From: Candidatus Saccharimonadia bacterium
GTDB taxonomy: Bacteria > Patescibacteriota > Saccharimonadia > Saccharimonadales > JALRHH01
Length of the DNA: 64,000 bases
NCBI GenBank assembly: GCA_023253175.1
Contig: JALRHH010000002.1
Location: forward strand, 199 to 64,198
Direction of reading: 5' to 3'
The position numbers and the translations under genes are program-made. Positions 1 through 12,049 of this stretch are shown piece by piece. Under the pieces are notes generated by a model, which made no database searches, was not told where the DNA came from, and was given only the letters and a program-made list of their open reading frames with translations. The first letter of the stretch is position 1; each line of letters opens with the position of its first letter.

Positions 1-489
1 CGCATTCTGAGTTGCATTGTTCGTAATGTCAGTTGCACCAAATGAGATAGTTGCACCACTGAGGCTCTGGCCAGTATCTTCAGTTGTCTTAGTAATAGTG
101 TACTGGTTGTTACTGCTACCAGGTGCTGTAGCACTTGTGCTTCGGGTCGTACTTGTTACACCGTTAGTCGTAAAGTTAGTCAGCGTAGCAGTAGGTGTGT
201 TACTGAGAGAAGGTACTTTTGACACACCACAAGCACCGAGCGGCGTGTCACAGAACTCAATCTCAATCGTAGATACGTTACCCGTGTCCGAGGTTGTATT
301 GAACGACCAGGTCAGGTCCGTTGGCTGACTTGGGCGGGCGGTGGTAGACGTAAGTGCCCTGTCCGTAACTGTCGGCGCGGCATAAGCCTTGCCCACCACT
401 AAAATTGGTAATATCGCCGAAACTGAAAGCACGAATGCTATCAGCATAAGCGTCGCTCTACGCGATTGCAGAGCCATAGTTTGAAGCAT
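1..489 (-). CDS. Secreted Ser/Thr-rich surface protein (3' end runs off the window)
   Basis: Not in the ORF track. ATG at 489 follows an AAGGAG RBS. Translation MLQTMALQSRRATLMLIAFVLSVSAILPILVVGKAYA-APTVTDRALTS...IEIEFCDTPLGAC..., open to position 1, with a signal peptide ending in AxA. Confidence 0.8.
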   Translation of the reverse strand, partial: MLQTMALQSRRATLMLIAFVLSVSAILPILVVGKAYAAPTVTDRALTSTTARPSQPTDLTWSFNTTSDTGNVSTIEIEFCDTPLGACGVSKVPSLSNTPTATLTNFTTNGVTSTTRSTSATAPGSSNNQYTITKTTEDTGQSLSGATISFGATDITNNATQNA

Positions 490-694
490 GATACTTCTCC
501 TTGTAACTATGCCCAACAACAAACCAAAACACTCGTCGACTTATATAGTCGCGATTCTGTTGGCTTAGATCCCGGATGGGATACGTATAAAGTGTGAGGC
601 ATAATTTTTGTTTTATATTAATACGCCACTAATTAATAACATACTATGAGTAAACATAACAAGTATTTTTTATATACGATGTTGTTAATTTAGT

Positions 695-1444
695 CTAAAA
701 GGTTCCTGTTACCACTATATCGTGAACCATTTTGTATGATCCAGCTGGTGTCACGGGGCTCACGTTTGCAATGTAAGAAATCGTAAAATCAGTTCGCCCC
801 ACAGCCTGATTGCCCGCAGTTGCCGCCGATCGAGCAATAATATCTCCCTGCGCATATTTAAACTGGTTTGGGGTACTATAGCCTGGCGCAGCTTCGGCAT
901 CGGCAAAATTATTATCAGGTACATTAAAAGGACTGGATCCTAGATCAGGTGATGAGTTATCGACCAGATTTATGCCAAACTCTTCGGTACCGACACTAGA
1001 AACACCGGCGGTACTTTTACCTGGAATCACCCTACCACCCTCACTAGTTAAGGATGGGCTCATGGTCTGAACTATGTAACTACTAGACAGATATGTCCGA
1101 ACCCAAAATGTTCCAGATCCTGTTCCAGTAGTAGTTGGATCTAATGTTCCAAGGTCTATGCTTGAGAAGTTAATGAAAAGCTCAAGAAACGGCTCGCTTG
1201 GCGTAATAAGACCTGCCTCTAGGTCATAATTAGTACTAGATGATCGTCCTACCCCCAAGCTGCCAATTGAGGCGTTTGCATTGTAACTAGAAGAATTTAG
1301 ATCAGGATTGCCACCCGTACCAAATTGGTATTCTTGTACTTGATAGTTATTAGATGAGGATGTTTGGGCCGAAACGGTTGCACTAAACACAACACTAGAC
1401 ACGACACCGAGTACAAGCAGTTGTTTTATTTTTTTCCGCCACAT
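695..1444 (-). CDS. Secreted beta-rich protein (WxL/pilin-like surface protein)
   Basis: Probable start MWRKK at 1444. Signal peptide ends ...ATVSA. Ser/Thr/Gly-rich, with a C-terminal strand GSYKMVHDIVVTGTF. Confidence 0.7.
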   Translation of the reverse strand: MWRKKIKQLLVLGVVSSVVFSATVSAQTSSSNNYQVQEYQFGTGGNPDLNSSSYNANASIGSLGVGRSSSTNYDLEAGLITPSEPFLELFINFSSIDLGTLDPTTTGTGSGTFWVRTYLSSSYIVQTMSPSLTSEGGRVIPGKSTAGVSSVGTEEFGINLVDNSSPDLGSSPFNVPDNNFADAEAAPGYSTPNQFKYAQGDIIARSAATAGNQAVGRTDFTISYIANVSPVTPAGSYKMVHDIVVTGTF

Positions 1445-1489
1445 ATCTTGTCCTGCATTATAGCATGACACTTATGCTTTAAAGACCAG

Positions 1490-2182
1490 CTATCTTGTCT
1501 CGAAAGTTTCAATAATATCTACGAAATCACCGGGTCCAGGATTTGCAGTCATATTGTGGTATTGAATTTTATACGGAGCTGTTTTACCGCTCGGTCGAGT
1601 AAGTGTCATTACGTTCCCTCCACCGACAAGTCCTACAACTGCCTTGTAGATAGTGGTATCCGGCGTACATGGGAATGAAACTTTTTGCATTGTCACCATC
1701 AAAGGGCTCTTCTGCGACCCGGCGGCTTTTTTACAGTGCTCTAGAGTAGAGTCAACAATAGTAAAACCATTCCTTTGATTGACACTCACAGGTAAAACCC
1801 TGCTGATATTAGCAAGAGGAACTATTAGCTGCGCGGAATCATTAACGTCAATTATTAATTCTTGCTCAACCAAAGGACCATTAAGCTGACGGTATACGTA
1901 GTGGCCATCTCTCGTTTCATTTGCAATTGCACGCCATTTCATGGGAGTCTGTATTTGGAAATAAGGCGTGGTCTGAACCTGTACATCTCTTGCAAGGACT
2001 GAAGATACCGGGCGAGTACTAGCCGATGAAGTCTCGGACACATCGTTTTGGCTAAAAATATCGTATGCAAAAAAACTACCTAGTACTATAAATACAACTA
2101 GAGTTAACGCGACAATAGGACGAACAATACGAATACTTCTGTGTCGTTTTGTCTCGCCCTGATGTCGGTAGTATTTTGCCAC
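1490..2182 (-). CDS. Membrane-anchored hypothetical protein
   Basis: 230-aa ORF: basic N-terminus, one TM helix, and an extracellular domain with 2 Cys. Confidence 0.7.
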   Translation of the reverse strand: MAKYYRHQGETKRHRSIRIVRPIVALTLVVFIVLGSFFAYDIFSQNDVSETSSASTRPVSSVLARDVQVQTTPYFQIQTPMKWRAIANETRDGHYVYRQLNGPLVEQELIIDVNDSAQLIVPLANISRVLPVSVNQRNGFTIVDSTLEHCKKAAGSQKSPLMVTMQKVSFPCTPDTTIYKAVVGLVGGGNVMTLTRPSGKTAPYKIQYHNMTANPGPGDFVDIIETFETR

Positions 2183-2404
2183 TGTTGCCTACTACGTCTG
2201 TTAGTGTTTGTTACTGTATGGTATTTCGAGTCAGTGTGAGAACGGTCAGTCATGTTCGTTTTGCTTTTGACCCGAAATAGCAATGTACAACCGAAGCGTA
2301 CCATAAGTGACTAAAAAACACAAGCGTAATAGATACGCGGGGTTTATAAGAATTTGGTCAATTAAGCATAACCGTAGTATTATTAACCAGAAGTAGGGTG
2401 AATA

Positions 2405-3367
2405 GTGGAAAACAAACCAGAAGAGACAAATAACGAAGCAGCGAATACGCCGAGTCAGGCGCCTGCTGATGATGTCAACGCGCTGGAAAGCACCACTGAT
2501 GCGCTGGCGGAATCTGACGCAGAGAAAAAAGCTAAAGAAGCCGGTGGCAAAAAGAAAAAGTCTGGCAATATATTCCAGCGTATTATTTCGCACCTAAATA
2601 TTTACGTACTACTGTTTATACTTATCCTCGTGCTTGCGGGTGGTTTTGTATTAATCGGAATGCAGAAAAATAAAAAAGCTGCTAAAGAAACAACCGTTAA
2701 TACGCAGTCACTCTCTGCTGATGAGCTTAAAAAACTGAGCGAATCCGAACAGAAGATTGGTGACCCTAAATCAGTTCTTTCGATTGAATCAAACGCCATA
2801 TTTAGCGGCAAAGTCCTGGTTAGGGACAGTCTGGATGTAGCAGGAACCATCAAGGTTGGCGGCGCACTGAGCCTGCCTGGTATTAGTGTTTCTGGAGCCA
2901 GTACCTTTGACCAAATCACAGCCAATAACCTATCAATTACCGGTAACACAACCATTCAAGGTCAGCTTAATATTCAAAAAGGAATCACCAGTAGCGGCGG
3001 CGCAAGCTTTGGCGGCCCAATATCAGCACCTGCAATAACTACCGGAAGCCTGCAGCTCACAGGGGCACTTGAGATAGTTAACCATTTGGATGGTGGTGGC
3101 GGAACACCTAACATAACTGGCGGTGCAGGGCTCAGTGGCTCTGATGTAGCCGGCAAAATCAACAATGTCGGCGGCACGGGCTGTAACGTAAAAGTAACGT
3201 TTGCCAAGAGATACAACTCCACACCGTACGTTGTCATATCACCCGCCAATGCAGAAGCCGCAACAAGCAATTATTATGTGAGCCAAGAATCTCCCACCGG
3301 TTTCAGTGTATGTCTAGCTGGCGGCGGAGGCAGTGGTCTCAACTTCAGCTACATGGTTATAGAATAA
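2405..3367 (+). CDS. Membrane-anchored Gly-rich beta-repeat (fibre/adhesin-like) protein
   Basis: 320 aa. One TM helix, repeated V/I-x-G-x-L/I-x-V strands, and a C-terminal domain VTFAKRYNSTPYVVISP...TGFSV resembling H-type-lectin/tail-fibre ends. Confidence 0.7.
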   Translation: MENKPEETNNEAANTPSQAPADDVNALESTTDALAESDAEKKAKEAGGKKKKSGNIFQRIISHLNIYVLLFILILVLAGGFVLIGMQKNKKAAKETTVNTQSLSADELKKLSESEQKIGDPKSVLSIESNAIFSGKVLVRDSLDVAGTIKVGGALSLPGISVSGASTFDQITANNLSITGNTTIQGQLNIQKGITSSGGASFGGPISAPAITTGSLQLTGALEIVNHLDGGGGTPNITGGAGLSGSDVAGKINNVGGTGCNVKVTFAKRYNSTPYVVISPANAEAATSNYYVSQESPTGFSVCLAGGGGSGLNFSYMVIE

Positions 3368-3372
3368 CCCTG

Positions 3373-3681
3373 TTACACATCGAGGAAGACGATGATTTCG
3401 TCGGCCTTGACGTGCATGATGCCACGCGTAATTGGAATCTTTTCTTCGTTGCCGCCTGAACGCACGATCACATCACAAGCGTCGAGCAGTGTCATAAAGT
3501 TATGGTGCTTTGGCAAAATGTCAAAGGGACCTGTTTCGTTAACTGCAGAGATACTCTCTGCCTCGCCATCGAAATAGACCTTGAATGGAGCATACACTTT
3601 AACGTGCATAGTCTTGCCATCAACATGCTCTGATGCGGCTGGCTTTTCTTCGCCCTCTGTCTTTTGTGGTTCTTCTGCCAT
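3373..3681 (-). CDS. atpC: F1-like ATPase epsilon subunit (N-terminal beta domain only)
   Basis: Probable start MAEEPQK at 3681. Motif HVKVYAPFKVYFDGEAESISAVNETGPFDILPKH. It stops without the C-terminal helical hairpin. Confidence 0.85.
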   Translation of the reverse strand: MAEEPQKTEGEEKPAASEHVDGKTMHVKVYAPFKVYFDGEAESISAVNETGPFDILPKHHNFMTLLDACDVIVRSGGNEEKIPITRGIMHVKADEIIVFLDV

Positions 3682-3694
3682 ATATTGTTCCCGG

Positions 3695-5858
<2,164 letters not shown>

Positions 5859-5862
<4 letters not shown>

Positions 5863-7460
5863 TTTTTGTCCTCTTTCTTGTCATCCTTGGGGGCTTCTTT
5901 GTCTTTTTCCTCGGATTTTTTGTCCTTATCTTCTTTAGAACCGTCTTTTTTATCACCTTCCTTGGCGTCTTTAGATTCTGCGCCGTCTGTCGCAGGAAGC
6001 GCTTCTGCGGGAGCCTCTGGAGCTGGCGGTTTGTAGCTTGGACTACACTTGATTAATAGCTCTTCCTTAACCGTATCGTACTGCGACTCATCAGTGATCT
6101 TTGCAGCGAACTCTGCAACGTTAAGCTTTAACGTACCGATATCAAGCGGTGAGGTGGAGTCTGCATGCAGCACAATATCGAGCATGAGCTGCTGCGACAA
6201 TAATGAATATGTATCGGTTGGTGTCTGGGTCATCATTTCGAACAAACGCTTACCGACCTCAAGCGCACGCTTCGCTTCTGCGGCAAGCTCTGAACCAAAG
6301 TGCGAGAATTCCTCTGCCTGACGATAATCTGCAAGGAGCTTTAGGGTTTCTGACGCCAAGGCTTTTTGGCGTTTATTGTGACCGATACCACCGGCACGAG
6401 TCACCGATAGACCAATGTTTACCGCTGGACGAATACCATTACGGAAGATGTTCATGTCCAAAATCCACTGTCCGTCAGTAATGGACATGACGTTTGTTGG
6501 GAGATACGCTGTAATATCACCACCAGCGGCATTAATAACCGGAACACTCGTAAGGTGCGCACCGGTACTATCGAGGCGTCCTGCACGCTCCAAGAGGCTG
6601 GAGTGGGCATAGAACATATCTCCTGGGTATGAGTCACGACCCGGGCTGACGCCAGACATCAGGGCCACCTCACGGTAGGCATGCGCGTGACTACTGAGGT
6701 CGTCATAAATAATAATCGTATCTTGGTTGAGCTGCTGCCACAGATATTCTGCCATTGCACAGCCCACATACGGCGCAATATAGCTCGTGATAAGCGATTC
6801 GAACATAGTACTTACCACTACAATCGCCTTGTCCATACTGCCTGTTTCTTGCAGACGACTTAGTAGTGTATCAACATCAGTACGACGCTTTGCAATCAGT
6901 ACATACACTACGACCTGGTCAGTGTTTTTCTGGTTAATTGCAAGCTGTGTCACAACCGTACTCTTACCAGATTTATTGTCACCCAGGAGCGCCATACGCT
7001 GACCACGAACGATCGGGAACAATGAATCAAGTGCGGTCACACCGCTTTCCAGCTGATCGCTTAGTAGTTTACGCTCGTACAGTGGCGGCGCGGTATTAAA
7101 CACCGGCCAGGCAGCATCAGCTGCAATCGGGCCCTTACCATCAAGGGGTTCTCCGGTAACAGAAACAACGCGTCCAATAAAGTCCTTTCCGACTTTACAG
7201 ACGAGCTCCTGGTGCTGCACAACACCAACCATACCGATCTCAAGTACATTGTCACCAAGATGAAGAATCGTGACGTGATCATTGGCGACTTGGTGCACAA
7301 AGCCCTTACTACCATCCTCAAACATTACAAGTGCATGCACGGCTACGGGATTGAGTCCTGACATGTGAACGAGGAATTTATCAACCGCAATCACTTCACC
7401 AACTGGATTTCCACTGGCGATCAATCGATCAAAGTGTTGGTTACCACTTGTTGAGGCCAT
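5859..7460 (-). CDS. atpA: F1-like ATPase alpha subunit (divergent, charged C-terminal tail)
   Basis: Motifs PIVRGQR, Walker [43 protein letters not shown] and Arg-finger SVTR. Confidence 0.95.
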
Positions 7461-7969
7461 TAGCTCATCGCCCCCTTCAAAATACTGGCAAGAATATCAC
7501 CCTTTTGCTCGAGACGGCGACGAAGACTGAAATCAAAATATTTGTTGGTGGTACGCAGCACGGAACCTGCCCCAATATTTGGCTGAAGGCCAAGCTGCAA
7601 TAGCACCAACGGATGGACATCTGAACGAAGCCGCGTGATCAGTTTCTGCGTAAAGGCAGGTGATGGATCCGCGCTAAAACTAATATGCATGATCGGAGCC
7701 TTGGCACGGACGTGCGTAATGAATCCAATAAGCCTGTTCCTGTCATCTTCATGCAGTAAATTCAGTTTGTTGATAGCCACTGTTTCATCGAGCAGTCGAC
7801 TTGTCTTTGGCATCTGAGCGCCTGCGCCAGGATTTCGAATCGCAGCCTCGTTTAAAAAATTATCAATTTGCTGCAATTCGCGCATCAATCGCCCCACATC
7901 AACTTTTGTTGCCACAGACAACGGAAGGCTGAGGTACGCGTCAGTCGCAGTCTCCTGCTTAGGCGCCAT
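7460..7969 (-). CDS. atpH: F1-like ATPase delta/OSCP-like subunit
   Basis: Operon position; C-terminal [25 protein letters not shown] resembles the OSCP C-terminal motif. Confidence 0.75.
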   Translation of the reverse strand: MAPKQETATDAYLSLPLSVATKVDVGRLMRELQQIDNFLNEAAIRNPGAGAQMPKTSRLLDETVAINKLNLLHEDDRNRLIGFITHVRAKAPIMHISFSADPSPAFTQKLITRLRSDVHPLVLLQLGLQPNIGAGSVLRTTNKYFDFSLRRRLEQKGDILASILKGAMS

Positions 7970-8582
7970 TTCTGAGATCCTGTATTATAGCTTCTTTGTT
8001 CGCCTCGATATCACTGAGGATAAATTCAAGCTGGTCATTCAGGTCAATCTGATCGCCAATAGCTGCCAGCACGTAGTGATTCACGATATCAGCCATGTTT
8101 TCTTCAAATCGTTTTACGAGTCGAGCTTTCTCGGTCTCTATCTCTTTAACAATCTGCTGGCCCATGAGTTCACGCTGTTGTTCGATTGCTTCCTGAGTCT
8201 TAGAAATAGACTCAAGCGCCATCTGCTTAGCATCAGTAATAGACTGTTCATACTTGGTAAACTCTTCCTGAAGCTTCTTGGTAATCTCTGACTTCATGTA
8301 CTCATTAAGCTGCGAAGTTGTCAGCTGCAAATCCTGTTGCAGGAACATCGCATTTTCACCAATAATCTTCTCGAAGTGCAGACGACCACGGTTACGAAGC
8401 TCCTCTCGGAATTCCTCGTTAAATATGTGCTCAACGTCCTTTTCTGCAGCATCAACAACACCGTCAACGACTGTTTTACCCTTACCCCCTTGTAAGCCAC
8501 TGAGGCGCACTGCGAGCCAAATGAAGGAAACCGTTGCTGACAGTAAACTGATTAAGATTAGACCAAGCTGTACGCTGTTCAC
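7959..8582 (-). CDS. Subunit b-like protein (N-terminal TM + coiled coil)
   Basis: 207 aa with one N-terminal TM helix and a long E/K/Q-rich helix, in the atpF position. Confidence 0.65.
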   Translation of the reverse strand: MNSVQLGLILISLLSATVSFIWLAVRLSGLQGGKGKTVVDGVVDAAEKDVEHIFNEEFREELRNRGRLHFEKIIGENAMFLQQDLQLTTSQLNEYMKSEITKKLQEEFTKYEQSITDAKQMALESISKTQEAIEQQRELMGQQIVKEIETEKARLVKRFEENMADIVNHYVLAAIGDQIDLNDQLEFILSDIEANKEAIIQDLRNGA

Positions 8583-8601
8583 AAATTCCCACCCATTTGT
8601 T

Positions 8602-9450
8602 TCATATCTTTAGTAGTAAATATACCCCAAAAATACCTAAAATGAAAACAATAAGCCCAGTTATTATCACCTGGAACATGCCACGAATAATAATTTTCTT
8701 GCCAAGCGGGTTACGGCCGATCGAAATAATTGCGCTCCGAACGCCGCCGTACATCAGTACACCAGAGATAATTGTACAGACAAGGAACACGAACAAGCTC
8801 ATGTAAATACGCGCTGTTGGCACCGGCTTACCAGCAACCGCCTCGGCTGCCTTTCGAAGGAATTCCGGAACATTGGCCTGTTCTGGTTTCATCAGGGGAT
8901 TACCCGCAACAAGTACGTCAGCCTGGACACGGCCAATCATGACTTCTTTTTCGCTATTATCGCTCAGTTTTACCTTAGAGGTGCCGATCTTATTGATACT
9001 ACCGTCAAAATCAGCAACTGCACGCCCGATAATAAATGACTCCTTGGCACCAGCTTTCATGCCAATACCATCAATTGCTGATACTGCAATATAGTCGCCA
9101 GCCTTGATATTACCGTTTTGGGTGCTCACAAGCACGTCGTACTTACCTGCCGTAGCCACGAATGCCTTCTTGCCGTCAGCGGAAAGCGTAACAGGAGCAT
9201 CATTTGCATCAACCGCAACGCCGAACAGTTTATCTGCTGTCGCCTGAGTCACCGGCTCAACCTTAGATGGATCATCCTTCTTAAGCTGCACCAACATGCC
9301 ACGCTGCATGACCTGATCGGTGCCGTATCCCTGGGTTACGGCCTGCGCAAAAATCGGATAATTAATACTTACTACAGATAATGCAGCCAACACCGAAACC
9401 GCGAACACACGCTGCAGTGTACATAGCTTTTTTATTTTTGTCTTAAGCAT
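8602..9450 (-). CDS. Exported domain fused to an ATP synthase c-subunit-like helical hairpin
   Basis: Signal peptide (...PIFA-QA), a ~180-aa beta domain, then TM-GGVRSAIISIGRNPLG-TM. It sits in the atpE position and has no acidic residue in helix 2. Confidence 0.7.
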   Translation of the reverse strand: MLKTKIKKLCTLQRVFAVSVLAALSVVSINYPIFAQAVTQGYGTDQVMQRGMLVQLKKDDPSKVEPVTQATADKLFGVAVDANDAPVTLSADGKKAFVATAGKYDVLVSTQNGNIKAGDYIAVSAIDGIGMKAGAKESFIIGRAVADFDGSINKIGTSKVKLSDNSEKEVMIGRVQADVLVAGNPLMKPEQANVPEFLRKAAEAVAGKPVPTARIYMSLFVFLVCTIISGVLMYGGVRSAIISIGRNPLGKKIIIRGMFQVIITGLIVFILGIFGVYLLLKI

Positions 9451-9491
9451 GATTGACTACAGTATATCCACCGGCGTAAGTAGATGCAATA

Positions 9492-10631
9492 TTAACCAAT
9501 AAGTTTGCCGAGAGAGTCAACCACGTAGTCGATATCTTCCTTATTCGTGCTTCGACCCATGGTAAATCGAAGGCTCGACTGAGCGTCAGCTTCGCTGAGT
9601 CCCATTGCCATAAGCACATGGGACGGCTCGTCGTTACTTGCACTGCAAGCAGAGCCGACCGCACACTGGATACCCATATCATCAAGCTGCATCATTAATG
9701 TCTCGTTGTCCTTGCCGGCAATCGTAATATGCACGTTATTCGCAAGCCTGTGCTTATGAGACCCATTTATGGTCACACCGGGCAATCTACTAACTCGTTC
9801 TATAAAATGTTTTTGGACTTCAGAAAGCCGCTCTGTCTCATTGTACCGATTTTCCTGGGCAAGCTTGAGTGCAGCAGCCAGTCCAATAATCGAAGGTACG
9901 TTTTCGGTACCACTCCGAAGTCCACGCTCTTGCCCGCCGCCCTGAGCCAAAGGTTCGAGCACGATCCCAGACTTAACGAACAAACATCCAATCTGCTTGG
10001 GACCATAGAGCTTACTGCCGTTAATGGTCATCAGGTCAACGCCGAGTCGACTGACGTGAATATCAAGATACGCCGGGACCTGACAGGCATCTGTGTGGAA
10101 GTACAAAGGCATAGTATTGCCAGACGCACGCCTCTCTGCCCGTACGGCTTCAACAACTTGTGCAATATCTTTGATGGGCTGAATTGTACCAACTTCGTTA
10201 TTGGCGTACTGCACACTAACAAGCACCGTATCGGCAGTAATTGCCCTTGCGGTAGCTTCTGGGGTAATTGTACCATCAGCCGCAGCTTTAATTTCAGTAT
10301 GATTGTATTTCTGAGCGGGCAAAAGCACAGAGTCGTGCTCTACACTTGCGACCGCAATATGGGCATCCGGAAAGCGCTGCATGATGCCATGAATCGCAAT
10401 ATTATTTGCCTCTGTTCCGCCTGCAGTAAAGACGACTTCAGAAGGCCGCGCCCCAAAATATGAAGCAATGGTGGTGCGGGCAGCGGAGATGTCTTTCTTA
10501 ACCTGACGGGCCGCCTCGTACTGAGCCGAAGGATTATATGACTTTTCTGTAAAATACGGCATCATCGCCTGAATCACCGACTCGTCGAGTGGTGTTGTGG
10601 CTGCATGATCTAGATAAATCGGCCTTGTCAT
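9492..10631 (-). CDS. iscS: Cysteine desulfurase (IscS/NifS)
   Basis: Motifs IYLDHAATT, NNEVG, HTDACQ, PLP Lys in GSKLYGPK, RSGTEN and GSACS. Confidence 0.95.
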   Translation of the reverse strand: MTRPIYLDHAATTPLDESVIQAMMPYFTEKSYNPSAQYEAARQVKKDISAARTTIASYFGARPSEVVFTAGGTEANNIAIHGIMQRFPDAHIAVASVEHDSVLLPAQKYNHTEIKAAADGTITPEATARAITADTVLVSVQYANNEVGTIQPIKDIAQVVEAVRAERRASGNTMPLYFHTDACQVPAYLDIHVSRLGVDLMTINGSKLYGPKQIGCLFVKSGIVLEPLAQGGGQERGLRSGTENVPSIIGLAAALKLAQENRYNETERLSEVQKHFIERVSRLPGVTINGSHKHRLANNVHITIAGKDNETLMMQLDDMGIQCAVGSACSASNDEPSHVLMAMGLSEADAQSSLRFTMGRSTNKEDIDYVVDSLGKLIG

Positions 10632-10647
10632 AGCACTATGGTATCAG

Positions 10648-11016
10648 CTAGCGAGCGAAAGTATACAGCTCGCTACGTACTGCATCCTGATACATGCGGG
10701 CCGCACTGTACAGGCGATTAGCTTCATCGACCGTAACGGGCTGGTATTTACCGTGTTGTGACTTTAAGATACCGTCTGGACGGACATCGTAACGCGTCGT
10801 CTGGACATGTGTTTCGCCTTGTTTGTCGATCCATTCTTCGTGCCACACCCACGTGCGCTCATCAAGACAAAAGAACTCGCGGCGCACACTAGGATTGGTT
10901 GGACCGAAAATACGTCCACCAATCTTCGCCTCATGACGAATGAGGTTACGGTACAAATCAGCGCGGTGCTGTTCGCTGCGCTGAGTTGACATCCCTTTCA
11001 GCAGCTTCTTAAGCAC
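10648..11016 (-). CDS. Hypothetical protein
   Basis: Probable GTG start at 11016, overlapping the upstream stop. Motif RREFFCLDERTWVWHEEW. Confidence 0.7.
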   Translation of the reverse strand: MLKKLLKGMSTQRSEQHRADLYRNLIRHEAKIGGRIFGPTNPSVRREFFCLDERTWVWHEEWIDKQGETHVQTTRYDVRPDGILKSQHGKYQPVTVDEANRLYSAARMYQDAVRSELYTFAR

Positions 11017-11224
11017 TGAGTCGCTCCTGATCGTTGACTGCATTATTTGTTGCAACCTGAGCAAGCACCTGGTTGTGATGACGATATGAGTCTAAGTTTG
11101 CAACATTATCACTCACCATAGTTGCTTTACCCATATTTTGTATGGCGATATCAATAACCTGATCACGCTGCTGCATGATCTCAGACGCATCTAACTGACG
11201 TTCCTTCTCAGGACTGTCAAACAT
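11009..11224 (-). CDS. Hypothetical protein
   Basis: 71-aa ORF with an AGGAG RBS, coupled between tatD and the next gene. Confidence 0.6.
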   Translation of the reverse strand: MFDSPEKERQLDASEIMQQRDQVIDIAIQNMGKATMVSDNVANLDSYRHHNQVLAQVATNNAVNDQERLSA

Positions 11225-11232
11225 ATGTACTC

Positions 11233-12045
11233 CTACACATTAAATAATTTACGAGCATTTTGCGTTGTTGTGCGGGCCAGTTCTTCGACTGATTCGCCGC
11301 GGAGATCTGCTAGAAATTGAGCAGTTAACGCAATATGTTTTGGCTCGCAAATTGTACCACGAAATGGTACCGGAGTCAAGAAGGGTGCATCTGTTTCTAA
11401 AACCAAGTTTTCAAGCGGGATTGCCTTATACATCGCAAGCTGGGATTCACTCTTTGCAAACGTTGCAATACCATTTACCCCTATATACAGTCCCTGAGCC
11501 ACCGCACGCTGCATATTATCGATTGAATCAGTAAAGCTGTGAAGAACGCCCCTTACACCAGAAAACTGCTCAAATATAGGCCAAAAGTCGTCAAAAGCCT
11601 CTCTAACATGAAAAATCATCGGTAAATCATGCTTTTGCCCCAATTCCAGTTGAAATTTCAGAATCTCTACCTGGGCTTCCTTCGATGAATGAGTGTAAAA
11701 ATAATCAAGGCCGCATTCACCAACGGCAATTACTTTCTCGTGCTCGGCAAGCTGCGAAAAGCGAGTTTTCTCTGCTTCGTCACTAACATAGCGCTGTGCT
11801 TCGTGGGGATGGATCCCAATGCTCGCATACAGATTTTCGCGGTCTTTCGCAGTTTCAAGTGCGAGCTGGCTATCATCGACGTCACAGCCAACACAGATCA
11901 TTCTAGCGACACCAGCCTCGCGTGCACGATCGATAATCTCATCAACCGATGTATTGCCGGCTTTCGCCCACATATCACGAGTGCTACGCTCGCCTTCGCT
12001 TAGGCCGGCAGACTGAATATGACAGTGCGTGTCAAAAAGCTCCAT
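11233..12045 (-). CDS. tatD: TatD family DNase
   Basis: Start MELFDTHCH; motifs GIHPH, GECGLDY and LETDAPFL. Confidence 0.95.
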   Translation of the reverse strand: MELFDTHCHIQSAGLSEGERSTRDMWAKAGNTSVDEIIDRAREAGVARMICVGCDVDDSQLALETAKDRENLYASIGIHPHEAQRYVSDEAEKTRFSQLAEHEKVIAVGECGLDYFYTHSSKEAQVEILKFQLELGQKHDLPMIFHVREAFDDFWPIFEQFSGVRGVLHSFTDSIDNMQRAVAQGLYIGVNGIATFAKSESQLAMYKAIPLENLVLETDAPFLTPVPFRGTICEPKHIALTAQFLADLRGESVEELARTTTQNARKLFNV

Positions 12046-12049
12046 TAAT

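Noticed and set aside
17..328. 103-aa plus-strand hydrophobic ORF
   Set aside because: It is antisense to the Thr-rich secreted protein gene at 1-489.
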